Program-made: the position numbers and the translations under genes
DNA from: Vulcanimicrobiota bacterium
GTDB lineage: Bacteria > Vulcanimicrobiota > Vulcanimicrobiia > Vulcanimicrobiales > Vulcanimicrobiaceae
DNA: 16,058 bases
Direction: 5' to 3'
Assembly: GCA_003133025.1 (NCBI GenBank)
Contig: PKZK01000162.1
Location: forward strand, 1,641-17,698
Shown: piece by piece, positions 8,236 to 15,475 of the stretch
Layout: each line of letters opens with the position of its first letter
Position numbering within the stretch: the first letter of the stretch is position 1
The notes under the pieces: generated by a model
Told to the model about the DNA's origin: nothing
The model's input: the letters and a program-made list of their open reading frames with translations, nothing else
Database searches by the model: none

Positions 8236-8703
8236 TCATTTCACCTCGATGTTGCCGGCCATGAGTTGGTGGCCCGCGCCACAATACTCGTTGCAGACGA
8301 GCAAGAACTTGCCCGGCGTCTTGAACGTGTGCGAAACCGTACTGACCCAGCCCGGCGTCACCATCGTATTGACGCCCGTCTCAGGAACGCTGAAGCCGTG
8401 TTCCACGTCGGGGCTGGTCACGTAGAACGTGACGTGCGCGCCCGCGGGTATGACCAGGTGCTGCGGATCGAACGAGAAGATGTGCGCCACGTAGTAGGCC
8501 TCGTACGAGCCGTTACCGAGCTTGCGCAGCCCGGGATGATCGAAGGGCGGCGTCTGCGACACCTTGGTGGGATCGATGCTCTGCACGTGACTCGGCGGCA
8601 CGAAGCCGTCGACGAGCGCGGCGGTGGTCAGCGTGGCGAGAAAAACGACCAGCATCGCGATGCCGAGCGTCATCCATAGCCGTTCGGAACGATACATGTG
8701 CAC
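8236..8703 (-). CDS. cbaB: ba3-type cytochrome c oxidase subunit II (CuA)
   Basis: Single N-terminal TM helix, PFDHPG, SPDVEHGF and CNEYCGAGHQLM CuA ligands; 155 aa. Confidence 0.93.
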   Translation of the reverse strand: MHMYRSERLWMTLGIAMLVVFLATLTTAALVDGFVPPSHVQSIDPTKVSQTPPFDHPGLRKLGNGSYEAYYVAHIFSFDPQHLVIPAGAHVTFYVTSPDVEHGFSVPETGVNTMVTPGWVSTVSHTFKTPGKFLLVCNEYCGAGHQLMAGNIEVK

Positions 8704-8706
8704 GGC

Positions 8707-8832
8707 TTACCACCTGCTCGACAAAAGGAAGAACATCGAGACCCAGACGACGGCTATGAAGATTCCGAGCGCGAACACGAAGCCCAGAGTAGCCGGCAGA
8801 GGCTCTTCGTGCGAAGGCGCATCTTTTTTCAT
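8707..8832 (-). CDS. cbaD: ba3-type oxidase subunit IIa (CoxIIa), 41 aa
   Basis: Not in the ORF track; manual translation MKKDAPSHEEPLPATLGFVFALGIFIAVVWVSMFFLLSSRW*. One TM helix with a P.xTL...W...F...R pattern; stop 3 nt before cbaB, the canonical position. Confidence 0.85.
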   Translation of the reverse strand: MKKDAPSHEEPLPATLGFVFALGIFIAVVWVSMFFLLSSRW

Positions 8833-8841
8833 GACCGGGAA

Positions 8842-8885
8842 AGCCTAATCGTCCGTTACGAGCGTATCGTGAAGGCGCTGTGAAG
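8842..8885 (-). promoter_or_regulatory. cba operon promoter: tandem CTTCAC boxes and -10 element
   Basis: Minus strand CTTCAC-agcgc-CTTCAC (8885-8869), N21, TAGGCT (8847-8842), N9, ATG. Confidence 0.6.
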
Positions 8886-9132
8886 CGGCGATGTCGCCCG
8901 GATCGGGCGACATACCGTGGACACGAACCACGAGCACGGGCACCGTGCTCTCGCGCATCACGCCTTCGGTCGCGCGCGGCGGCGGCAAGGATGCGCTCGC
9001 CGTCGGCACAGGCTTCGTCGAGCAGCGGCGTGGGATGCCCGCGAGACGCGCCACGTCGAGCGCCAGCTCGATCGCCCGCCGGGATTGCGGCGAGCCGTCC
9101 ACCGGGACCAAGATCCGTTCGAAGATGCTCAT
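8845..9132 (-). pseudogene. Universal stress protein (UspA family) remnant with two internal deletions
   Basis: N-terminus FERILVPVDGSPQSRRAIELALDVA and C-terminus TEGVMRESTVPVLVVR are in one frame; a USP-like central helix PTPLLDEACADGERILAAAA is in a shifted frame; the G-x2-G-x9-GS region is missing. Confidence 0.75.
8849..8860 (-). repeat. Right copy of the 12-bp inverted repeat
   Basis: TCGTCCGTTACG is the reverse complement of 5772-5783. Confidence 0.6.
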
Positions 9133-9138
9133 GCCGCG

Positions 9139-9174
9139 ACGTTACGACGTTCGGGTGAAGCGGCCGTGAAGCGG
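9139..9174 (-). promoter_or_regulatory. Tandem repeat site and -10 element in the usp/ackA divergent region
   Basis: Plus strand GTGAAGCGG at 9155 and 9166 (11-bp period); minus strand TAACGT (9144-9139) lies 6 nt before the usp ATG. Confidence 0.6.
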
Positions 9175-9207
9175 GCACGAACCTTCCGCAGCCGAAGCGG
9201 GGCGTCG

Positions 9208-10338
9208 ATGCGAATTCTCGCGCTCAACGCCGGCTCGCGCAGCGTGAAGGCGCAACTTCTCGAGGTCGATGCAGCCTCGCGGCCCGAGGCCCCGCAGGCG
9301 CCCGCGTGGTCCGGCGAGCGTCTCTATCGCGACGATTCCACCGGTGTCGCGCAGGCCGTGCGCGGCCTCCTCGCCGACTTGGGCGCGATGCGCTTCGACG
9401 TAGCCGCGCATCGCGTCGTGCAGACGGCCACGGTGCCGCGGGCCGCGGCCGTGCCGTTCGATGCGAGCCTGACCGCCGACATCGAGGCGGCGATGGGTTT
9501 GGCGCCGCTGCATTCGCGCGCGGTGCTCGCTACCAAAGCGGCATTCGATGCCGAACGGCCCGCCGTAGCGCAATTCGGCGTCTTCGACTCGGCCTTTCAC
9601 CGCACGATACCCGAGCGCGCGGCCGTCTTCAGCGGACCCTACGCCTGGTACGAGTCGGGTCTGCGCAAGATCGGGTATCACGGTCTCAGTTACGCCTATT
9701 GCGCGGCGCGCGCTCGCGCCGAACTCGGCACGGCCGCGAGCGAGCGGCTGATCTGCGCGCACCTCGGCGGCGGCTGCTCGCTGGCCGCGATCGCGGGCGG
9801 GGTCTCGATCGAGACGACGATGGGTTACACGCCGCTCGACGGCGTGACGATGGTATCGCGCTCGGGTTCGCTCGATCCGGGTCTGGTGTTGCATCTCTTG
9901 CGCAGCGGAAGATACTCGCTCGACGAACTCGATCGCGTGCTCAACGAAGACTCCGGCGTCCGCGGCCTCGCCGGAGATAGCGGCGATCTTCGCGACGTGC
10001 GCGCGGCGGCGAAAAGCGGTAGCGCCCGCGCGCTGCTGGCACTCGACGTCTTCACCTACCGCATCCGCTGCGCGATCGGCGCGCTGAGCGCGGCGCTCGG
10101 CGGCCTCGATGCGTTGGCGTTCACCGGCGGCATCGGTCAACACGACGCCGAGACGCGCGCCGAAATCTGCGCCGGTCTCGGCTACCTCGGCATCGTGCTC
10201 GATCCCACGCGCAATACGGCCGGCGGCGACGGCGCGCGCATCGAGGCGAGCGCGAGAAGCATGCCGGTGCTCGTGCTCCAAACGCACGAGGAATGGATCA
10301 TGGCACTCGCCGTGCGCGACGCCGGCAACCCGGCTTAA
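9208..10338 (+). CDS. ackA: Acetate/propionate kinase family protein, 376 aa
   Basis: ILALNAGSRSVK, HRVV, APLH, VFDSAFH, GYHGLSY, HLGGGCS, TTMGYTPLDG, RSGSLDPG, FTGGIG, THEE; start set at ATG 9208. Confidence 0.9.
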   Translation: MRILALNAGSRSVKAQLLEVDAASRPEAPQAPAWSGERLYRDDSTGVAQAVRGLLADLGAMRFDVAAHRVVQTATVPRAAAVPFDASLTADIEAAMGLAPLHSRAVLATKAAFDAERPAVAQFGVFDSAFHRTIPERAAVFSGPYAWYESGLRKIGYHGLSYAYCAARARAELGTAASERLICAHLGGGCSLAAIAGGVSIETTMGYTPLDGVTMVSRSGSLDPGLVLHLLRSGRYSLDELDRVLNEDSGVRGLAGDSGDLRDVRAAAKSGSARALLALDVFTYRIRCAIGALSAALGGLDALAFTGGIGQHDAETRAEICAGLGYLGIVLDPTRNTAGGDGARIEASARSMPVLVLQTHEEWIMALAVRDAGNPA

Positions 10339-10478
10339 GCCGCGTGCCGCCGCGATCCGGGCTCGCGGTCCACGTAGTAGACGTACGCGTTGAAGCCGTG
10401 AAAGAGCAAGATCGACGCCGCTGCGAACCAGAGCGAGAGCGTCGTGGAGAGCCTGAGCGTATCGCCGTCGTCGTTCAT
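10335..10478 (-). CDS. Putative 47-aa single-pass membrane microprotein
   Basis: MNDDGDTLRLSTTLSLWFAAASILLFHGFNAYVYYVDREPGSRRHAA*; ATGA overlap with the upstream ORF; stop overlaps the ackA stop (TTAA); mostly G/C third codon positions. Confidence 0.6.
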   Translation of the reverse strand: MNDDGDTLRLSTTLSLWFAAASILLFHGFNAYVYYVDREPGSRRHAA

Positions 10479-10612
10479 GACGCGCCTTCGGCCCTGCCTG
10501 CCGCTTGCCGCGACTTGACGAGCAGAGCGACGAGATAGAGATGGATCACGCCGGTACCCACGAGCGCCGCGTCGGCGAGGAATACCGCGAGGGGCGCGGC
10601 CTTCTTCTTCAT
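10475..10612 (-). CDS. Putative 45-aa single-pass membrane microprotein
   Basis: MKKKAAPLAVFLADAALVGTGVIHLYLVALLVKSRQAAGRAEGAS*; ATGA overlaps at both ends; mostly G/C third codon positions. Confidence 0.65.
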   Translation of the reverse strand: MKKKAAPLAVFLADAALVGTGVIHLYLVALLVKSRQAAGRAEGAS

Positions 10613-11145
10613 GATTTCGGACGCGACTGCAGTTCTTCGTCGCGCTTCAGTTGCTTGGAGTATTCGCTTGCGGCGTAGGCCTTCTCGATGCCGTCGCGCA
10701 CTTCGGAAAGCAGGTTGCGTGCGGTCGCGATCGCGATACGATGTCCCAAGGCCGCGTCGAAGGCGGCGCCGCCTGCGCCGAGGGGCGGCTCGTACTGTCC
10801 GTCGAGCACGAGCGAAAAACTCTCGTACCCTTCATCGTTCGACGCGACGAGCGTGCCGCGGAAGCGCGGGAACGGGCCTCCGCCCGCAGGCTCCCACTCG
10901 ACGCTCATGCGCGCGAGGTCCTGGCCGGCGTCGTCGATCGGCGCGACCGACGCCACCACGTCGCGCTGCAACACGATCTCGGTTTGCAGCGCGGGCAAAT
11001 TCACCGGGGCACGCAGGGCCAGCCGAATCGGGTCGCTCGGCCCCGAGTGACCGGCACTTCGCTTCGCGTCGAAAAAGCGAGCGATGTAGTCTTTGGCCGC
11101 ATGTGCCGGACAATTGACGAAGATGCGTTGGTGAAGGTCGCTCAT
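10609..11145 (-). CDS. Hypothetical protein, probable START/SRPBCC-like fold (alternative start at 11169)
   Basis: WEPAGGGPFPRFRGTL...FSLVLDGQYEPPLG..G..FDAALGHRIAIATARNLL (beta strands then a long C-terminal helix); GGAG 8 nt before ATG 11145. The fold assignment is inference. Confidence 0.7.
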   Translation of the reverse strand: MSDLHQRIFVNCPAHAAKDYIARFFDAKRSAGHSGPSDPIRLALRAPVNLPALQTEIVLQRDVVASVAPIDDAGQDLARMSVEWEPAGGGPFPRFRGTLVASNDEGYESFSLVLDGQYEPPLGAGGAAFDAALGHRIAIATARNLLSEVRDGIEKAYAASEYSKQLKRDEELQSRPKS

Positions 11146-11178
11146 GCGGCGTACTCCGGATATAGCCATGGTTCACGG

Positions 11179-11222
11179 AAGCTAACACCGGGAAGCCCGC
11201 GGGTTATGAAGGCGGGGTGAAG
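11179..11222 (-). promoter_or_regulatory. Promoter with tandem CTTCAC/CTTCAT boxes and -10 element
   Basis: Minus strand CTTCAC-cccgc-CTTCAT (11222-11206), N21, TAGCTT (11184-11179), N9, ATG 11169. Confidence 0.6.
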
Positions 11223-11234
11223 GAGCCGAAACCG

Positions 11235-11981
11235 TTACAAAACCCTGACCCCGCAAGCCACGCAATCGGCATGCTCGTCGGCCGGACGTCCCGGCAGGGT
11301 TACCGTGAACTCAGCGCCGCCTTGCGGCGCGCGGCTGACCACGATCGAGCCGCCCTGCTGTTCGACGAAATTCTTGACCAGCGCGAGCCCGATGCCGCTG
11401 CCCGGTGTCGAGGCCGACGCGCTGCCCCGAAAACCACGCTCGAAGATTTTCAATAGCTCGTCGTCGGCCACGCCCGGGCCGCCGTCGTCGACGGTAAAGA
11501 CCAGCGAGCCGTCGCGACGCAGGCAGTTGACCTCGACCGCGCCGCCCGCCGGCGTGTAACGAATCGCGTTGAGCAACACGTTCTTGAGGATCTGGCCGAT
11601 CCGTGCCGGATCCCCGTAGAAGCTCGCGCACGCGGCATTGGGCACCAGGCAGCGATGCACGCCGAAGCGCACGCCTTTGGCCTGCGCCGTGGCCTCCATG
11701 GCCGTCGCCTCGTTGAGGATCAGCCCGCAGACGTCGATCGCCTGCATGTTCGTCTCCATGCTCGACGAGGGCCGACCGTCGAGGCCGGCCGTGCCCGCAC
11801 GATCTTCTTCCGCCTTCTTCGCCCGGCTCAAGTCGTTCATCAAGACGTCGAGTTCGCTCAGCGCCTGGAGCACGGCGTGTAAACGCGCGGTGCTGGGCTC
11901 GATCTTGCCGTCGATGAAGGCTTCGATGTTGGCGACCGCAACCGCAAGCTGGTTGCGCATCTCGTGCACGACTTCTCTCAC
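11235..11981 (-). CDS. Cytoplasmic histidine kinase (HisKA + HATPase_c) with no sensor or TM domain
   Basis: H-box HEMRNQL at residue 6; N-box QILKNVLLNAIRYT; G1 DDGGPGV; F-box IFERGFRG; G2 GSGIGLALV; GTGA overlap with the response regulator and GGAGG upstream. Confidence 0.9.
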   Translation of the reverse strand: MREVVHEMRNQLAVAVANIEAFIDGKIEPSTARLHAVLQALSELDVLMNDLSRAKKAEEDRAGTAGLDGRPSSSMETNMQAIDVCGLILNEATAMEATAQAKGVRFGVHRCLVPNAACASFYGDPARIGQILKNVLLNAIRYTPAGGAVEVNCLRRDGSLVFTVDDGGPGVADDELLKIFERGFRGSASASTPGSGIGLALVKNFVEQQGGSIVVSRAPQGGAEFTVTLPGRPADEHADCVACGVRVL

Positions 11982-12703
11982 GCGCCCTCCACCAATTTGT
12001 AGCCGACGCCGAAAACGGTCACGACGTACCGCGGGCGAGCCGGGTCGCTTTCGAGCTTCTGGCGGAGGTTTGCGATGTGGCGATCGAGCGTTCGGTCGAA
12101 GACGTGCGCGCCGCCGTCGACGGAGACTTTGTCGAGGAGTTGATCCCGGCTGAAGGCCCGGCCGAGATTGCTCGCCAGCACGTCGAAAATCTTGAATTCC
12201 ATCGGGGTCAGCGCGACCGCTTTGCCGCGCACGCGGACCTCGTGCCCGGTCCGGTCGATCTCGAGTTCGCCGATGCGCTGCGGCGGCTCGCCCGAGGGCT
12301 TGCCCGCGACGCTCGTGGGCTCGCGATGGTAGCGTCGCAACACGGTCTTGACCCGGGCCACGACCTCGCGCGGGCTGAAAGGCTTGCCCACATAGTCGTC
12401 GGCGCCGAGTTCCAAGCCGACGACCCGATCGACTTCGTTGACCCGCGAGGTCAGCATGATCACCGGCACGTCGCTGCGTTCGCGCAGGCGCCGGAACACC
12501 TCGACGCCCGAGAGTTGCGGCAGGTTGAGGTCGAGGATCAGCAAGTCGGGCGGGCTTGCAGCGGCCTGCTCGAGCGCGGAGATGCCGTCACCGGCTTCAT
12601 CCACGATGAACCCCTCGTCGCGCAGATAACGAGCCACGACATCGCGAATCGCCGGCTCGTCGTCCACGACCAATACCCGTTGCCGGCTTTCATCGCGCTC
12701 CAT
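11978..12703 (-). CDS. OmpR/PhoB-family response regulator, 241 aa
   Basis: VLVVDDE, LILDLNLP, IMLTS, GADDYVGKPFSPRE, LTPMEF, RTLDRHIANLRQKLE, TVFGVGYK; ATG 12703 preceded by GAGG. Confidence 0.95.
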   Translation of the reverse strand: MERDESRQRVLVVDDEPAIRDVVARYLRDEGFIVDEAGDGISALEQAAASPPDLLILDLNLPQLSGVEVFRRLRERSDVPVIMLTSRVNEVDRVVGLELGADDYVGKPFSPREVVARVKTVLRRYHREPTSVAGKPSGEPPQRIGELEIDRTGHEVRVRGKAVALTPMEFKIFDVLASNLGRAFSRDQLLDKVSVDGGAHVFDRTLDRHIANLRQKLESDPARPRYVVTVFGVGYKLVEGA

Positions 12704-12806
12704 ACGGCCTCGGAGTCCTTCGACGGCCCGCGGCCGCCCACCCGGGACGCAATCGGAAGGCAACGCAGCGGAGGAAGCCGCGGCTCGCGCGGTGGAGGCG
12801 CGCAGC

Positions 12807-14039
12807 ATGCGCTTCGCCGTTCTGTTTTGTGCGCTGGCCCTCTTCGCGGCCGGCCTCGTTCCCCAGCGGCTCGGGGCCGCGCCGTGGCCGCCCGCCACCG
12901 TCGAACTCGGCGACGAAGTCTTCTTGCACGATGCGTGGCACGACTTGCACGGCCGCTGTGTGGGCATAGTGACCAATCAAACCGGGGTCACCTCGCAACT
13001 CGAGTCGATCGTCGATGCAATCCGGCGCAACCCGGCGATCTGCGTGAAAGCGATCTATTCGCCCGAACACGGCTTTCGCGGCGACCGGCCCGCGGGCGAT
13101 TACGTGCCTTCGTATGTCGATGCGCGCACCGGCCTGCCCGTGTACAGCCTTTACGGCAAATCGCGTCGCCCGTCGGCCGCGATGCTGGCGGGCGTCGACG
13201 TTTTGTTGTTCGACATTCAAGACGTCGGCGACCGCGCTTACACCTACATCTCGACGCTGGCTTACCTGATGCAAGCCGCGGGAGCCGAGAAAAAGGAAGT
13301 GTGGGTGCTCGACCGGCCCAATCCGCTCGGCGGCGAGACGATCGAAGGCCCGGTGCTCGAGCCGCGCTTCTCCTCGTTCATCGGCTTATATCCGCTGCCC
13401 GTGCGCCACGGCCTTACCGTCGGCGAACTCGCGCAGATGTATCGCGGGCGATTCGGCATCGACTGTACGCTGCGCGTGATAACGATGCGCGGCTGGAAAC
13501 GCTCGATGCTCTGGCCGGATACCGGTCTCGCTTGGGTACAAACCTCGCCGAACATTCCCGAGTGGGACACGACGCTGGTCTATCCGGCCACCGGCTTGAT
13601 CGATGCGGCGGGTATCAATAACGGCACGGGATACACCAAGCCGTTCAAATATGCCGGCGGTCTGGGCGTCGACGGCGAAGCGCTCGCCACGTATCTCAAT
13701 GCCCGGCCCATTCCGGGCGTGCGCTTTCGCCCGGCCGCCTGGGCGCCGATGTCGGGCTTCTGGGCCGGCAAGACGCTGACGGGCGTGGAGTTGTCGGTCT
13801 TCGATCCGCGCGCGTTCCGCCCGGTGCGCACGGCGGTCGAGTTGCTGGTCGCGGCGCGCAAGGTCGCCCCGCGGCAACTGCAGATCAAGGACGCCGCGGG
13901 CCTCGACAAGGACTGGGGTACCGATTCGCTGCGGCGCGGGCTCGAAGACGGTTCGAGCGTGGAAGCGATTCTGGCCGGCTGGCAAGCGCGCGAACGAGAG
14001 TTTTACCTCGATCGGCAGAAGTATCTGCTGTATCCATGA
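12807..14039 (+). CDS. namZ: Exo-beta-N-acetylmuramidase NamZ family (DUF1343), with signal peptide
   Basis: VTNQTG, SPEHGFRG, PVYSLYG, FDIQDVGDRAYTYIST, LDRPNPLGG, RHGLTVGELA, SPNIP; GGAGG before ATG 12807. Confidence 0.9.
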   Translation: MRFAVLFCALALFAAGLVPQRLGAAPWPPATVELGDEVFLHDAWHDLHGRCVGIVTNQTGVTSQLESIVDAIRRNPAICVKAIYSPEHGFRGDRPAGDYVPSYVDARTGLPVYSLYGKSRRPSAAMLAGVDVLLFDIQDVGDRAYTYISTLAYLMQAAGAEKKEVWVLDRPNPLGGETIEGPVLEPRFSSFIGLYPLPVRHGLTVGELAQMYRGRFGIDCTLRVITMRGWKRSMLWPDTGLAWVQTSPNIPEWDTTLVYPATGLIDAAGINNGTGYTKPFKYAGGLGVDGEALATYLNARPIPGVRFRPAAWAPMSGFWAGKTLTGVELSVFDPRAFRPVRTAVELLVAARKVAPRQLQIKDAAGLDKDWGTDSLRRGLEDGSSVEAILAGWQAREREFYLDRQKYLLYP

Positions 14040-15475
14040 GTACGATCGCGCGGCTGTACGAGGCATTGGGCTCGGATGCGGTGCTGACCGCACCCGAAGA
14101 CCTCAGCGTCTACGCGTACGACGCCTATAGCCAAGAGCGGCTGCCGTTGGCCGTGGTGTTGCCGCGCGACGCCCGGGACGTCGCCGACGTGGTGCGCATC
14201 GCGTATGAATGCGGCGAGCCGATCGTGCCGCGCGGCGCGGGCACGGGCCTGTGCGGCGGCGCCGTGCCCGTCGAAGGCGGCATCGTCATCTCCTTCGCGC
14301 GCATGAATCGCGTGCTCGCGCTCGACGCGCGCAATCGTCGCGCTCGCGTGCAACCAGGCGTGATCAACCTCGAATTGTCGAAGGCCGCGGCGCCGTTTGG
14401 TCTCTTCTTCGGGCCCGATCCGTCCTCGCAGAAGATCTCGACGCTGGGCGGCAATACCGGCACCAACGCCGGCGGCCCTCATGCGCTGTCGTACGGTTCG
14501 ATGACCAACCACGTGCTCGGCGTCGAGTACGTGCGGACCGACGGCAGCCTCAGTTATGCAGCGCTCGACGGCGCGGGTTACGACCTGACCGGCGTGCTCG
14601 TCGGCAGCGAAGGAACGCTGGGCGTGATCACCGCGATCGACGTGCGCCTGTTGCGGTTGCCGCGCTCGACGCGCGTCTGCGTCGCCGCCTTCGGCGATGT
14701 CGAAGCGGCCTCGGCGGCGGTCTCGGCGATCGTGGGCGCCGGCCTTTTGCCAACGGCGCTCGAGATCATGGACAAGCTGATCGTCAGCGCGGTCGAGGCG
14801 CACTATCACGCGGGCTACCCCACCGATGCGGGCGCGGTGCTGCTGGTCGAGATCGCCGGTTATCCCGACGACGCGGAGAGCGGCGAACGCACGATCGCCC
14901 AGATCGCCCGCGAATGCGGCGCACTCTCGTGGCGCGCCGCCGCAGGCGCCGCCGAACGCGAAGCGCTGTGGGCCTCGCGCAAGGGTGCGGCGGGATCGCT
15001 CGGACGCATCGCACCCAACTACTACATCCAAGATGCCACCGTGCCGCGCACGCGGCTGCCACAGGCCTTGCAACGCGTCGACGAGATCGCGCGCGCGCAC
15101 AAACTGCCGGTAGGCAACGTCTTCCACGCGGGCGACGGCAACCTGCACCCGCTGCTGATCTTCGACCGGCGCGAACGCGCGCAAGTCGACGCGGTCGCGT
15201 CCGCCGGCAAGGCGATTCTGGAAGCGTGCATCGCGCTCGGCGGCACGATTTCGGGCGAACACGGCATCGGCTACGAGAAGCGCGAGACGCTGCCGCTCGT
15301 GTTCTCGCCTGACGACCTCGCTGCGATGGCGCGTTTGCGCGACGTTTTCGATCCAAAGCGCTTGTTCAATCCCGAGAAGATCTTCCCGAGCGGAGCGGTG
15401 TGCGGTGAAGTGCGCAATCCCGCGCAAACGCAGTCGCAACGGCAGACGCTCGCGGCGGGCGGCGCGTGGCTTTAG
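14036..15475 (+). CDS. glcD: FAD-linked glycolate/D-lactate oxidoreductase subunit GlcD
   Basis: PRGAGTGLCGGA, PDPSSQ, GGN...NAGGPH, GYDL...GSEGTLG, FHAGDGNLHP, GTISGEHGIG, FNPEKIFP. Confidence 0.88.
   Translation: MSTIARLYEALGSDAVLTAPEDLSVYAYDAYSQERLPLAVVLPRDARDVADVVRIAYECGEPIVPRGAGTGLCGGAVPVEGGIVISFARMNRVLALDARNRRARVQPGVINLELSKAAAPFGLFFGPDPSSQKISTLGGNTGTNAGGPHALSYGSMTNHVLGVEYVRTDGSLSYAALDGAGYDLTGVLVGSEGTLGVITAIDVRLLRLPRSTRVCVAAFGDVEAASAAVSAIVGAGLLPTALEIMDKLIVSAVEAHYHAGYPTDAGAVLLVEIAGYPDDAESGERTIAQIARECGALSWRAAAGAAEREALWASRKGAAGSLGRIAPNYYIQDATVPRTRLPQALQRVDEIARAHKLPVGNVFHAGDGNLHPLLIFDRRERAQVDAVASAGKAILEACIALGGTISGEHGIGYEKRETLPLVFSPDDLAAMARLRDVFDPKRLFNPEKIFPSGAVCGEVRNPAQTQSQRQTLAAGGAWL

Noticed and set aside
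5772..8860. Transposon or IS call for the repeat-bounded cba cassette
   Set aside because: No transposase or recombinase and no evident target-site duplication; kept only as a repeat observation.
8917..9207. N-terminal extensions in the ORF track (ackA from 8917; also Fe-S protein from 2407, sco from 7350, regulator from 12976)
   Set aside because: They overlap neighbouring genes, and family homology begins at the downstream ATGs.
10331..10342. Palindrome CGGCTTAAGCCG as a terminator or insertion site
   Set aside because: Explained by two convergent genes both ending GCT-TAA with overlapping stops; no loop or U-tract.
10335..10612. Light-harvesting alpha/beta (PufA/PufB) identity for the two microproteins
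   Set aside because: Size and TM His fit, but Ala/Gly at His-4 and the downstream Trp motifs are absent, and there are no photosynthesis genes in the window.
12704..12806. Autoregulatory CTTCAC boxes upstream of the response regulator
   Set aside because: Only GGAAG-like partial matches, not at 11-bp spacing.
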